Notes under the pieces: model-generated
Seen by the model: the letters and a program-made list of their open reading frames with translations, nothing else
Databases searched by the model: none
What the model was told of the DNA's origin: nothing
Source of the DNA: Oscillospiraceae bacterium
Lineage (GTDB): Bacteria; Bacillota; Clostridia; Oscillospirales; Ruminococcaceae
NCBI GenBank assembly: GCA_022770625.1
Contig: JALEHK010000022.1
Span: 23,800 to 87,799 of the forward strand
Length of the DNA: 64,000 bases
Direction of reading: 5' to 3'
Shown: piece after piece, positions 1-9,149 of the stretch
How positions within the stretch are numbered: position 1 is the stretch's first letter
Layout of the letters: each line of letters begins with the position of its first letter
Made by a program: the position numbers and the translations under genes

Positions 1-2
1 AT

Positions 3-101
3 ACCGTCATGCAGGCGGCTGTCAACGGCGAGGATGTCGATGCAGTCGATCTCGAAGGCGGCTGCACCGGTTCCTGCTCTTCCTGCGCAGGCTGCCACTA
101 A
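3..101 (+). CDS. 3' end of a CDS that starts upstream of the window; Cys-rich C-terminus (...DLEGGCTGSCSSCAGCH)
   Basis: Frame 3 is open from the window edge to TAA 99-101. It uses the G/C-ending codons typical of the other genes here and is followed by an intrinsic terminator. 32 aa is too little to name the product. Confidence 0.4.
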   Translation, partial: TVMQAAVNGEDVDAVDLEGGCTGSCSSCAGCH

Positions 102-111
102 GCAAGGCTAA

Positions 112-150
112 AAAATCCCTCTTCCGTTTTTTCGGAGGAGGGATTTTTTC
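112..150 (+). terminator. Rho-independent terminator
   Basis: Stem AATCCCTCTTCCG (114-126) pairs with CGGAGGAGGGATT (133-145); a T-run follows. Confidence 0.75.
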
Positions 151-292
151 GTAAGAAACCGGAAAACCGGCGGCCGCGTTTACAAAAAAGAACTTTTCTT
201 TAGATCGTGAGTGTGTTATAATAAAAATCTGGTAGTCTGTCTATACGCGGACAGATGCTTTTGATGAATCATGAAAGTAACAGGGAGAGTCT

Positions 293-919
293 ATGCTTAC
301 ACTTAAACATACCTTTGTTATGAATATGGAAAACGCGATGCGCGGCGCGCGCAACCCGCTGAACAGCTGGGCGAGAATGGACAGCTATACCGATGAAAAG
401 GGCGTTTTCCATTTTGGAGAAAACGATCTTTCGCTTGCCAGACGGCTCTGCGCCGCCGGAAGCGACCACCGGAAGTTTATCCGCCAGATCTTCGTTTCGG
501 TCGATATTACCGCGCCGATCTACTGGTGGAAGGAGTACGACACCTATAAAGTCTCGACGGTCGCCAACTCCACCTCGACCATGCATAAGATCCATGCAAA
601 GCCCTTTTCCCTTGACGATTTCAGTACCGATCATATGGACGCCGAGACGCTGGACGAGATGAAAAGCCTGATCGCGTTCCTTGAAAAACTCCGGCTCAAA
701 TATATGGAGAATAAAGAAAAGCAGTACTGGTACGATATGATCCAGCTTCTTCCCTCCTCCTATAACCAGATGCGCACCTGTACGCTCAACTATGAGACGC
801 TCCGGAATATCCACCATTCCCGCCATAATCATAAGCTGGCTGAATGGCATACTTTCTGCGACTGGATCGAATCCCTTCCGTACGCCTCTGACCTGATCCT
901 GACTTCGGAGGAAAGATAA
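293..919 (+). CDS. ThyX-fold (flavin-dependent thymidylate synthase-like) protein, divergent
   Basis: 208-aa ORF with RBS GGGAGAG upstream. By eye it is collinear with ThyX (segment GSDHRKFIRQIFVSVDITAPIYWWKEYDTYKVSTVANSTSTMH), but the canonical RHR...S.R motif residues are not evident. Its stop overlaps the next start (TAATG). Confidence 0.55.
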   Translation: MLTLKHTFVMNMENAMRGARNPLNSWARMDSYTDEKGVFHFGENDLSLARRLCAAGSDHRKFIRQIFVSVDITAPIYWWKEYDTYKVSTVANSTSTMHKIHAKPFSLDDFSTDHMDAETLDEMKSLIAFLEKLRLKYMENKEKQYWYDMIQLLPSSYNQMRTCTLNYETLRNIHHSRHNHKLAEWHTFCDWIESLPYASDLILTSEER

Positions 920-1608
920 TGGGAAAGCTGATCGTTATCGACGGATTGGACGGAAGCGGAAAGTCTACCCAGAGCGAGCGGATTGCCGAGACGCTTCGGA
1001 AGATGGGCCGGAAGGTAAAGCTCATCTCCTTCCCGGATTATGAGGAGCCGTCTTCGGCACTGGTTCGGATGTATCTGGCAGGGGAGTTTTCTGACGACCC
1101 GAACGATGTAAACGCCTACGCCGCCGGGAGTTTTTATGCGGTCGATCGGTATGCCTCCTTCAAAAAGTTCTGGGAAAAGGACTACGAAGAGGGAACGCTG
1201 ATCCTTGCGACCCGGTACGCGACCTCCAATGCGATCCATCAGATGGTCAAGCTTCCCCGGGAAAACTGGCCGGAGTATCTTTCCTGGATCGAGGATTTTG
1301 AATATAAAAAGCTGGGGCTTCCGGTTCCGGACGAGGTGATTTTCCTGGACATGGAACGCACGGTTGCCGACCGGCTTCTTCTCGCCCGTTATCACGGAGA
1401 CGAGACGAAAAAGGATATTCATGAGAAAAACGCGGCCTACCTTGCTCAGTGTCAGAAAACGGCGCGCTTTGCGGCGGCGGCCTGGAACTGGAAGGTCATC
1501 CTATGCGACGACGGGGAAAATCCCCGCCCGGTCGAGGACGTGACCGGTGACATCATGGACGCGATTTTGGCCGTGGCCGGTCAAGAGGCTTTTACCAAAG
1601 AAAAATAA
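919..1608 (+). CDS. thymidylate-kinase-family P-loop kinase (dTMP kinase-like)
   Basis: N-terminal GKLIVIDGLDGSGKSTQ P-loop typical of Tmk. The DRY-like segment reads ATRYATSNAIHQ. Translationally coupled to the upstream ThyX-like gene. Confidence 0.7.
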   Translation: MGKLIVIDGLDGSGKSTQSERIAETLRKMGRKVKLISFPDYEEPSSALVRMYLAGEFSDDPNDVNAYAAGSFYAVDRYASFKKFWEKDYEEGTLILATRYATSNAIHQMVKLPRENWPEYLSWIEDFEYKKLGLPVPDEVIFLDMERTVADRLLLARYHGDETKKDIHEKNAAYLAQCQKTARFAAAAWNWKVILCDDGENPRPVEDVTGDIMDAILAVAGQEAFTKEK

Positions 1609-1623
1609 GTACGAGGAAAGGGA

Positions 1624-2247
1624 TTGAAGGGAATGCGGTATACGGATATCCGGGAGATCAAGAAAAAGCTGAGAAGCGAATTTAAGGCCGTCCGCCGCGG
1701 GTTTTCCGCCGATGAAAAGGCGGAACGGGACGCACGGATCCTGGAACGGCTGACCTCTCTTCCGGAGTACCGGGAAGCAGAGCTTCTGCTGACCTATGTT
1801 TCGACGGCGATCGAGGTCGATACCCATATCCTGATCGAACAGGCGATTGCCGAAGGAAAGCGGGTCGCGGTTCCCTGGTGTGTTCCGGGAAAGGTGGACA
1901 TGAAGTTTTTTCTGATCGGCGGGATGAAGGATCTGGAGCCGGGCGCTTTCGGCGTACTGGAACCGGTGCCGGAGCGCCAACAGGAGCTTTACGGCGCCGT
2001 GAGCGAAGAGGATATCGAAAAATCCCTCTGCGTTCTGCCGGGATTGGGGTTTGACCTTTCCGGAAACCGTCTGGGTTATGGGAAGGGCTATTATGACCGC
2101 TTCCTTTCCGGCTATACAGGGAAAACGGCGGGCGTCTGCTATACGGGGTGTCTGAAAACCCTTCTTCCCCACGGACGGTACGACCGCATGATCGATATAC
2201 TCGTGACCGAAAAGTTTGTCAAGCGCTTTTCGGCTTCTTCCCGGTAA
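1624..2247 (+). CDS. 5-formyltetrahydrofolate cyclo-ligase (MTHFS family)
   Basis: Motifs LLLTYVS..EVDT and GLGFDLSGNRLGYGKGYYDRFL are characteristic of 5-FCL. The start is either TTG 1624 or ATG 1633. Confidence 0.85.
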   Translation: MKGMRYTDIREIKKKLRSEFKAVRRGFSADEKAERDARILERLTSLPEYREAELLLTYVSTAIEVDTHILIEQAIAEGKRVAVPWCVPGKVDMKFFLIGGMKDLEPGAFGVLEPVPERQQELYGAVSEEDIEKSLCVLPGLGFDLSGNRLGYGKGYYDRFLSGYTGKTAGVCYTGCLKTLLPHGRYDRMIDILVTEKFVKRFSASSR

Positions 2248-2262
2248 AGGAGTGATTGGAGA

Positions 2263-3651
2263 GTGACTGGAATGGATGAGAAAAATCTGACCCCGATCGA
2301 AGGGGAAAACAGGGAAGAACCGGCGGATACCGGAAAAACGATCGCGTTTGATACCGATACGCAAAGTCTTTCCGCGTCGGATGAGAAAGATCCGCTTGCG
2401 GACTGGGAGGAAGAGACGGTTGCCGTTTCTCTTCCGGGAGATGAGCCGGTCGGAGAGAATCCGGACGACATCAGCGCAGAAGCCGAGGAAGGATATGATG
2501 TTTCCGGCAATGAAATGCAGGTTCAGCCGGAATCTACAGAAAACTTTGACGCAATGCCCGCTGTCCGCCGGAAAAATCCCTTTAAGCGGGTTCCGCGCCG
2601 GGTCTATCACCGCGGGCGGCTCCGGTCGCTTGTGTATGTTGTAGCGACGGTATGTGTCTGCGTGTTTGCGTCGGTCATGTTTCTTCGGGTCTTTAACGAC
2701 GTACTCGCCTTTGTCACCGACAACAAAGCCATCACCATTTCGATCGACGCGGATGATTCGGCGCAGGACGTCGCAAAAAAGATGAAGGATGCCGGGCTGA
2801 TCAAATACGACTGGCTCTTTTCCTATGTCGCGAAATTCGAGGGAAAAACCGGTCCCTATGAAGCGGGAGAGCATACCCTGAACGACAACATGAACTATAT
2901 GCAGCTTTTAAGCTCGATCGCCCGCCAGAAGGTGGAACGCCAGACGGTCGATATCACCTTCATCGAAGGAATGGATGTAGATGAGATGGCGGCGCTTCTG
3001 GACGAAAAGGGCGTGTGCGATGCCGATTCCTTTAAGCAGGCGGCCAAGTCCAACTCGACCTACGGCTTTGATTTTGAAAGCGGAATGAGCCGGAGCAGCG
3101 ACATCTACTATCCGTTGGAAGGGTATCTTTTCCCCGATACTTATCAGTTTTATACCAATTCGGAACCGGCTGACGTCATCTATAAGATGCTCCAGAATTT
3201 CCAGAACAAGATCGATTCGGTCGACAGCCTGATGAAGGAGTCGGGGCTGACGCTGCACCAGACGGTCACGCTCGCGTCGATCATTCAGGCGGAGGCCAGC
3301 GGCGATCCGGAGAATATGAAGTTGGTTTCCTCGGTTTACTGGAATCGCTTAAACGATACCGATACCTATCCGATGCTTCAGTCCGATCCGACGAGGGATT
3401 ACGCTAACTCGGTCATCCTGATGGCCGGAAAGAGCGGGGAAAATAAGCGCAAGGCAGCGCTTTACAACACCTATGAGTGCAACGGACTTCCGGCAGGGCC
3501 GATTTGCAGCCCCGGCATGGACGCGATTATGGCGGCCATGCAGCCGGAATCGACCGCATACTATTATTTTTGCAGCAATATCAAGACCGGCGAATTTTAC
3601 TATGCCGGCACCCTTCAGGAACACGAGGAGAACGTGGATCACATCAGCTGA
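2263..3651 (+). CDS. mltG: endolytic murein transglycosylase MltG (YceG-like)
   Basis: Acidic N-terminal region, one TM helix, then YceG motifs FPDTYQF, ASIIQAEA, VYWNRL, LQSDPT and YNTY..GLPAGPICSPG. RBS AAGGAG lies 7 nt before the GTG start. Confidence 0.9.
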   Translation: MTGMDEKNLTPIEGENREEPADTGKTIAFDTDTQSLSASDEKDPLADWEEETVAVSLPGDEPVGENPDDISAEAEEGYDVSGNEMQVQPESTENFDAMPAVRRKNPFKRVPRRVYHRGRLRSLVYVVATVCVCVFASVMFLRVFNDVLAFVTDNKAITISIDADDSAQDVAKKMKDAGLIKYDWLFSYVAKFEGKTGPYEAGEHTLNDNMNYMQLLSSIARQKVERQTVDITFIEGMDVDEMAALLDEKGVCDADSFKQAAKSNSTYGFDFESGMSRSSDIYYPLEGYLFPDTYQFYTNSEPADVIYKMLQNFQNKIDSVDSLMKESGLTLHQTVTLASIIQAEASGDPENMKLVSSVYWNRLNDTDTYPMLQSDPTRDYANSVILMAGKSGENKRKAALYNTYECNGLPAGPICSPGMDAIMAAMQPESTAYYYFCSNIKTGEFYYAGTLQEHEENVDHIS

Positions 3652-3669
3652 TAAGGAGTGGACAGGAGT

Positions 3670-4902
3670 TTGATCAAGACAAAATATCCGGAGGTGCTTG
3701 CTCCGGTCGGAGATTTCGAGCGTCTGGAAACGGCGCTGCTCTATGGGGCGGACGCGGTTTATCTGGGAAGCACGGAATACGGGATGCGCAGCGGATCGGC
3801 AAACTTTGACATCGAAAGCCTCCGCCGGGCAGTCGATATGGCACATGAAAAGGGCGTCAGAGTCTACCTGACCTGCAATGTCCTTCCCCGAAACGAAGAG
3901 ATCGACCGGATGGAGGATTTTCTTCGCGCCGCCGCCGGAACGGGCGTGGACGCGTTTATCGTGACCGATCTCGGGGTTTTGTCCCTCTGCAAAAAAGCGG
4001 CGCCCGAGGTGGAAATCCATATCTCGACCCAGAACGGCGTTGTCAACTGGCTGGCGGCTTCCGAACTGTACCGGATGGGCGCCAAAAGAGTCGTTCTGGC
4101 GCGTGAGCTTTCACTGGACGAGATCCGGGTCATCCGGCAGAAAACGCCGCCGGAGCTTGAACTGGAAGTATTTGTTCACGGCGCGATGTGTATGTCGTTT
4201 TCGGGAAGATGCGTCCTTTCCAACTATATGACCGGGCGGGATGCCAATCGCGGGCAGTGTGCACAGCCCTGCCGCTGGAACTACGCACTGGTCGAAGAAA
4301 AGCGCCCGGGACAGTATTTCCCCGTTTTTGAGGATGAGAGCGGAACCTATATCTTAAACGCGAAGGATCTGTGTATGCTTTCGTATATCGACAAACTCGT
4401 TGAGGCGGGGGTGACCTCCCTTAAGATCGAAGGACGTGCAAAATCCTCTTACTATGTCGGCGTGGTGACCAACGCCTACCGGTGCGCGGTCGATGATTAT
4501 CTGGCGCACCCGAAGGACTGGACACTTCCCGCGTGGCTGGACGAAGAGGTCAGAAAGGTCTCTCACCGGGACTATTCGACCGGATTCTATTTCGGCCGCC
4601 CCGAGCAGGGTCAGCGGTATGAAGGCGCAGGCTATATCCGAAACTGCGATATTGTTGCGTTGGTTGACGGAGAAGAAAACGGACGGATCCTCTGCACCCA
4701 GAAAAATAAGTTCCAGGAAGGAGATACTCTTGAACTTCTGGAACCGGGAAAGGCACCGGTTTCATTTGTTGTTTCCGGTATGAAAAACGGAGAGGGCGAA
4801 TCGATTACCGATACCCGTCATCCGGCCATGGCTTTTTCCTTCCCTTCTGAGCTTCTCCCGACCGTACCGGTCAGAGGAAGCATCATCCGTAAAAATGTCT
4901 GA
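3670..4902 (+). CDS. peptidase U32 family protein
   Basis: N-terminus ..YPEVLAPVGDFERLETALLYGADAVYLG and the central CMSFSGRC..CAQPCRW region are typical of U32. I prefer TTG 3670 (11 nt after AAGGAG) over GTG 3658 from the ORF track. Confidence 0.85.
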   Translation: MIKTKYPEVLAPVGDFERLETALLYGADAVYLGSTEYGMRSGSANFDIESLRRAVDMAHEKGVRVYLTCNVLPRNEEIDRMEDFLRAAAGTGVDAFIVTDLGVLSLCKKAAPEVEIHISTQNGVVNWLAASELYRMGAKRVVLARELSLDEIRVIRQKTPPELELEVFVHGAMCMSFSGRCVLSNYMTGRDANRGQCAQPCRWNYALVEEKRPGQYFPVFEDESGTYILNAKDLCMLSYIDKLVEAGVTSLKIEGRAKSSYYVGVVTNAYRCAVDDYLAHPKDWTLPAWLDEEVRKVSHRDYSTGFYFGRPEQGQRYEGAGYIRNCDIVALVDGEENGRILCTQKNKFQEGDTLELLEPGKAPVSFVVSGMKNGEGESITDTRHPAMAFSFPSELLPTVPVRGSIIRKNV

Positions 4903-4930
4903 GCCGGTTTGCTGAAAAGGAGAAAAACAA

Positions 4931-5629
4931 ATGGCAAAAGAAAAAAAGGCTGAACAGGCCGTGGGCGTACAGCTGCACAACAGCCCGCGGGAGCTTTCCC
5001 TCTCGCTTTTAAAAACCCTCTGCATCTGCAACGTGATCTGCGTGGTCATCGTCTTTTCGATGAGCGCGATCATGGGGAAGGGCGTCTGGGGCATCCTGGT
5101 GACTGAACTGATCTGCCTCATCATTACCGGCGCGACCCTTTACGCACAGAGCTGGTCGATGGGCGATAAGGACGCCAACTATATCCAGTTCGGAAGAATG
5201 GTCTACGATCCGGTCAAGCCGGTTAAGATCGGCCTTCTGGCAATCGCGCCGGGGCTTGTTTCGGACATCCTTCTGATCGTATCCAAGATCAGCGGGGCGT
5301 TTGATTCTCTCTGGATCTACCGACTGATGAACGCGCCGCTCTGGCCGTTGATTAACCTGATCCATCCGTATAGCATCTTTCCTCAGGCTGCGACCGAGGA
5401 AACGGTTATCATGCAGGGCACTCAGTATGAAGAGGTCATTGCCGCGTCGGACGCAACACCCGGCTGCGGATGGGGCAAGCTGATTCTGATGATCCTTCTT
5501 CCGATCATTTATATGCTGTTCATCTATGCGGGATATGAACTGGGACGCCGCCGCATCTCGATCGGCAGCAAACTCGTGTATGAAAACGAGGATGATAAAA
5601 AAGGGAAAAGACGTTTCTTTTCCAAATAA
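4931..5629 (+). CDS. hypothetical multi-pass membrane protein
   Basis: 232-aa ORF with RBS AAGGAG and several hydrophobic helices. No recognisable family. The 252-aa minus-strand ORF over it looks like a mirror ORF. Confidence 0.6.
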   Translation: MAKEKKAEQAVGVQLHNSPRELSLSLLKTLCICNVICVVIVFSMSAIMGKGVWGILVTELICLIITGATLYAQSWSMGDKDANYIQFGRMVYDPVKPVKIGLLAIAPGLVSDILLIVSKISGAFDSLWIYRLMNAPLWPLINLIHPYSIFPQAATEETVIMQGTQYEEVIAASDATPGCGWGKLILMILLPIIYMLFIYAGYELGRRRISIGSKLVYENEDDKKGKRRFFSK

Positions 5630-5694
5630 GGTCTGACCGGCGGGGTTCATTTTTCCTTTCCGCCCGCATATTCCTTTTACGAGGGGGCGGGAGA

Positions 5695-6438
5695 ATGGAG
5701 CAGAAAACATCTCGTAGGAAAACTGCCGGTAAACAGGAAAGCTTCCGGTCACTGGCGGCGGTATCATTGATACTGCTGATGGTGACCGGCCTTATTTTCG
5801 GGGCGTCTGTTCTCAGAAGAAGAGCGGCGGGCGTTTTAACGAATGCAAAGGTGTCCGTTTCTCCCCGCGTGGCGGTCGTGATCGATCCGGGACACGGCGG
5901 GTTTGACGGCGGCGCAGTCGGTATCGATGGCTCGGTCGAAAAGGAGATCAATCTTTCGCTGTCGCTGACCCTTCGGGATTTTCTGACGGTGATGGGATAT
6001 GCGCCGAAAATGACGCGGGAAACGGATATTTCTCTGGACGGGAATACGGACGCTCCGCTTCGTCAGCGGAAGCGGGAGGATCTTCGCGCCCGGCTTTCGG
6101 TCATGGAAGAGGCGACAGACGGAAAGGTACTGATGATTCACCAGAACCAGTTCACCGATCCCCGCTACAGCGGCGCGCAGATGTTTTACGGAAAATCGCC
6201 CGGCTCGGAAGAACTGGCCGGGGCGCTCCGCCGCCGGATCCGCGAGACGATTCAGCCGGAGAATGAACGGGAATGTAAGCCGTCGGAAGGAAACGTCTGG
6301 CTTTTGGAACAATGTACCCACCCGATCGTACTGGTCGAGTGTGGATTTTTATCCAATCCGGAGGAATGCGCGCGCCTGTCGGATGCGGCATATCAGCGGC
6401 AGCTTGCGTTTGTAATCGCCTGCTCGCTCGGAAAGTAA
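5695..6438 (+). CDS. cwlD: N-acetylmuramoyl-L-alanine amidase, CwlD-type (germination-specific)
   Basis: Signal anchor, then VVIDPGHGGFDGGAVG..EKEINLSLSL...VLVECGFLSNPEE, the amidase_3/CwlD signature. Confidence 0.85.
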   Translation: MEQKTSRRKTAGKQESFRSLAAVSLILLMVTGLIFGASVLRRRAAGVLTNAKVSVSPRVAVVIDPGHGGFDGGAVGIDGSVEKEINLSLSLTLRDFLTVMGYAPKMTRETDISLDGNTDAPLRQRKREDLRARLSVMEEATDGKVLMIHQNQFTDPRYSGAQMFYGKSPGSEELAGALRRRIRETIQPENERECKPSEGNVWLLEQCTHPIVLVECGFLSNPEECARLSDAAYQRQLAFVIACSLGK

Positions 6439-6460
6439 AACGTAAAAGGGAGGAAGGGCT

Positions 6461-7840
6461 ATGCCCAAGCCAAAGGAAGTTTATATCTGTTCCGAATGCG
6501 GGCATGAATCCGTAAAGTGGATGGGAAAGTGTCCGATCTGCGGGGCATGGAACAGTTTTTCACAGGTCACGCCGCTCGGAAGCAGCGCCGCGCCCTTCAG
6601 CCGGAGCAAGGCGGGTACCGCGCGCCCGGCGGTGGTCTCCTCGATCCGTGAGGACATCTCCGGCGGGGACGCGATTCGCTATACGACCGGGCTCTCCGAA
6701 CTGGACCGGGTGCTCGGCGGCGGTCTGGTCAAAGGCTCACTCGTCCTTCTGGGCGGCGATCCGGGCATCGGAAAATCAACCCTCCTTCTTCAGGTCTCTC
6801 AGGCGTTTGCCGAAAAGATGAAGGTGCTCTATGTTTCGGGCGAGGAGTCTCCCGGCCAGATCCATCTCCGTGCCCGGCGGCTCGGGGTCGATGCTGAAAA
6901 TTTGTTTATCCTTTCCAGCGGGGATCTGGATACGGTCATCGCGACAATCGGTCAGGAAAAGCCGCAGATCGTCGTGATCGATTCGATCCAGACGATGGTG
7001 CTTCCGGCGGTCGGCTCGTCGGCGGGAAGCGTTGTTCAGGTCAGGGAATGTACGGCGGCGCTTCTTGGCGTTGCCAAGGAAAACGACATTCCGATTATCC
7101 TTGTCGGTCATGTGACCAAAGAGGGAAATCTTGCCGGACCGCGGATGCTGGAGCATATGGTGGACGCGGTTTTCCAGTTTGAAGGGGAGCAGAACCATGC
7201 CTACCGGCTGCTCCGTGCGATCAAAAACCGCTACGGCGCGACCAATGAGATCGCAGTTTTCGAGATGAAGGAGCGGGGACTGTCTCAGGTCGTCAATCCG
7301 TCTGCCGTGCTTTTATCGGAGCGTCCGGAAGGGGTCTCCGGCTCCTGCGTAGTCTGCGTTTTGGAAGGAAGCCGGCCGATCCTTGCCGAGGTGCAGGCGC
7401 TCGTCACCAAATCCGGATTTGCCGCGCCCAGAAGAATGGCGACCGGTTTTGACCATAACCGAATGAGCCTTCTTTTGGCGGTTCTGGAAAAGAGAGCGGG
7501 ATATACCTTTTCGGCATTGGACGCCTACGTGAATGTTGTCGGCGGGCTGTTTCTTGATGAACCGGCTTCAGATCTCCCGATCGCACTGGCACTGGTGTCC
7601 GGCCTTCGGGACAAGCCGATCCCGGCGGGACTTCTGGCGATCGGGGAGATCGGTCTGGGCGGAGAGGTGCGAAGCGTCATCCGTCTGGAGGATCGGATCC
7701 GGGAGGCACAGCGGCTCGGCTTTACCAAATGTCTGGTTCCGGCGGCCTCGCTGAAAGGAATGGATCTTTCTTCCTATACGATTAAAATCGTCGGCGTGCG
7801 GGATGTGATCGAAGCGCTCCGCTCGTTAAATGGAAACTGA
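6461..7840 (+). CDS. radA: DNA repair protein RadA/Sms
   Basis: N-terminal zinc ribbon CSECGHESVKWMGKCPICGAW, Walker A GGDPGIGKST, the KNRYG motif and a Lon-like C-terminal domain. Confidence 0.95.
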   Translation: MPKPKEVYICSECGHESVKWMGKCPICGAWNSFSQVTPLGSSAAPFSRSKAGTARPAVVSSIREDISGGDAIRYTTGLSELDRVLGGGLVKGSLVLLGGDPGIGKSTLLLQVSQAFAEKMKVLYVSGEESPGQIHLRARRLGVDAENLFILSSGDLDTVIATIGQEKPQIVVIDSIQTMVLPAVGSSAGSVVQVRECTAALLGVAKENDIPIILVGHVTKEGNLAGPRMLEHMVDAVFQFEGEQNHAYRLLRAIKNRYGATNEIAVFEMKERGLSQVVNPSAVLLSERPEGVSGSCVVCVLEGSRPILAEVQALVTKSGFAAPRRMATGFDHNRMSLLLAVLEKRAGYTFSALDAYVNVVGGLFLDEPASDLPIALALVSGLRDKPIPAGLLAIGEIGLGGEVRSVIRLEDRIREAQRLGFTKCLVPAASLKGMDLSSYTIKIVGVRDVIEALRSLNGN

Positions 7841-7850
7841 ACATAGCATA

Positions 7851-7897
7851 GCGCCGCTTTCCATCCGCCATTTTGACGGAAGAAAGTGGCGTTTTTT
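7851..7897 (+). terminator. Rho-independent terminator after radA
   Basis: Imperfect stem CGCCGCTTTCCATCCG / CGGAAGAAAGTGGCG, followed by TTTTTTATT. Confidence 0.65.
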
Positions 7898-7911
7898 ATT
7901 GCATTTGGAAA

Positions 7912-7940
7912 TTGACAAAAATCTCCCGATTTCATATAAT
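7912..7940 (+). promoter_or_regulatory. sigma-70 type promoter (TTGACA, 17-bp spacer, TATAAT)
   Basis: TTGACA at 7912-7917 and TATAAT at 7935-7940, a perfect consensus pair about 40 nt upstream of the Nif3-like gene. Confidence 0.75.
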
Positions 7941-7980
7941 CAATTTGTATATGCCTATCAAATACTAAGGAGGAATTTTT

Positions 7981-8808
7981 GTGACCATTCAGCAAGTGAT
8001 CGATCGGATCAAAGTCTACCATCCCTCTCTCGGCGAGCGGGAAAGTACGACTCGTGATACGGTTAAGTTCGGCGATACCGGGGTGGAGTGCACCGGCATC
8101 GCGACCGCTATCTACCCCTCTCCCGATATCATCCGCAAAGCGGCTGAGGCCGGCTGCAACCTTCTTATTGTCCATGAACCGTCTTTTTACGCGGATATGG
8201 ATCCGCTCGAACCACTGGAAGGCAACAAGGTCTTTCAGGCCAAAACCGAGCTTCTGAAACAGAGCGGTATGGTTATTTTCCGCGATCATGACCGGATCCA
8301 TGCTCATCTCCCCGACGGGATCTTTTCCGGCGTGATCGAGGAATTGGGCTGGACGCCCTACCTGAAAACCGATTTCATGAAGCCGATCGACCTTTCCGGA
8401 GCGTTCGTCGCTGAAGTGGAGCTTCCTTCGGTTCCGGTCAGCGAAATCGCCGCCCTCTGGAAGGAAAAACTCCACCTTAAATCCCTGCGCATCATCGGCA
8501 ATAAAGACACCGTTGTCAGGAAAGCCGCGCTCGGCGCTCATCTTTTCCCCGGTTCGGGTAAGGTCATTCAGGCCGTCGAGGAAAACGACATCGACCTTCT
8601 GATCCCGCTCGAAATGATCGACTGGGAAGTTCCCGAGTACTTTAAGGACGCCGGACAGCTTGGCTTCAATAAAGCCTGCCTCCAGCCCGGACATTTCAAC
8701 GGCGAAGAACTTGGCATGAAATACGCGGTTCATTGGCTGAAAGAACTGGTCGAAGGAACGATCCCGGTTATATACTGCTGCAATGAGGATATGTACGATC
8801 TTATTTGA
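7981..8808 (+). CDS. Nif3-like dinuclear metal centre family protein
   Basis: GTG start after AGGAGGAA. Contains NLLIVHEPSFY and a C-terminal PGHFNGEELGM, resembling the NIF3 His/Glu metal-ligand segments. Confidence 0.65.
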   Translation: MTIQQVIDRIKVYHPSLGERESTTRDTVKFGDTGVECTGIATAIYPSPDIIRKAAEAGCNLLIVHEPSFYADMDPLEPLEGNKVFQAKTELLKQSGMVIFRDHDRIHAHLPDGIFSGVIEELGWTPYLKTDFMKPIDLSGAFVAEVELPSVPVSEIAALWKEKLHLKSLRIIGNKDTVVRKAALGAHLFPGSGKVIQAVEENDIDLLIPLEMIDWEVPEYFKDAGQLGFNKACLQPGHFNGEELGMKYAVHWLKELVEGTIPVIYCCNEDMYDLI

Positions 8809-9074
8809 TGTAGCACTTTTGATACGGTCACTTTTTATTTTTGGACAATATTTTGGGTCGCCTAACGGCGACAACGAAAACTGGAACGTTTGATAAGCCG
8901 TGAAAAAGCGTGCGTATCGGGTTCCCGTGCAAGCAAAGGACTCTGTCCTTTTGAAACCTGCAAGCCCTTTTTTGAAGGGCTTGATCCCAAAATCTATATC
9001 TTCTTGAGTTTTACAGCATTCCTTATATTTTTTCGACATCTTTTGTCGGTTTTCGCATATTTTTTCGTTATTGA

Positions 9075-9103
9075 TTGCAATAGTTCCCCGGCTTTGCTAT
9101 AAT
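9075..9103 (+). promoter_or_regulatory. sigma-70 type promoter (TTGCAA, 17-bp spacer, TATAAT)
   Basis: TTGCAA at 9075-9080 and TATAAT at 9098-9103, upstream of the SGNH hydrolase gene. Confidence 0.65.
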
Positions 9104-9149
9104 GGCTGTAGTATGCGTCAGAAAATCATGCGGAAAGGATGAGCGGAAC

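Noticed and set aside
7774-9039. 421-aa minus-strand ORF
   Set aside because: Most of it is antisense to the Nif3-like gene and the radA 3' end. Only its first 75 or so codons lie in intergenic DNA, and there is no RBS. I kept that intergenic part as a low-interest note only.
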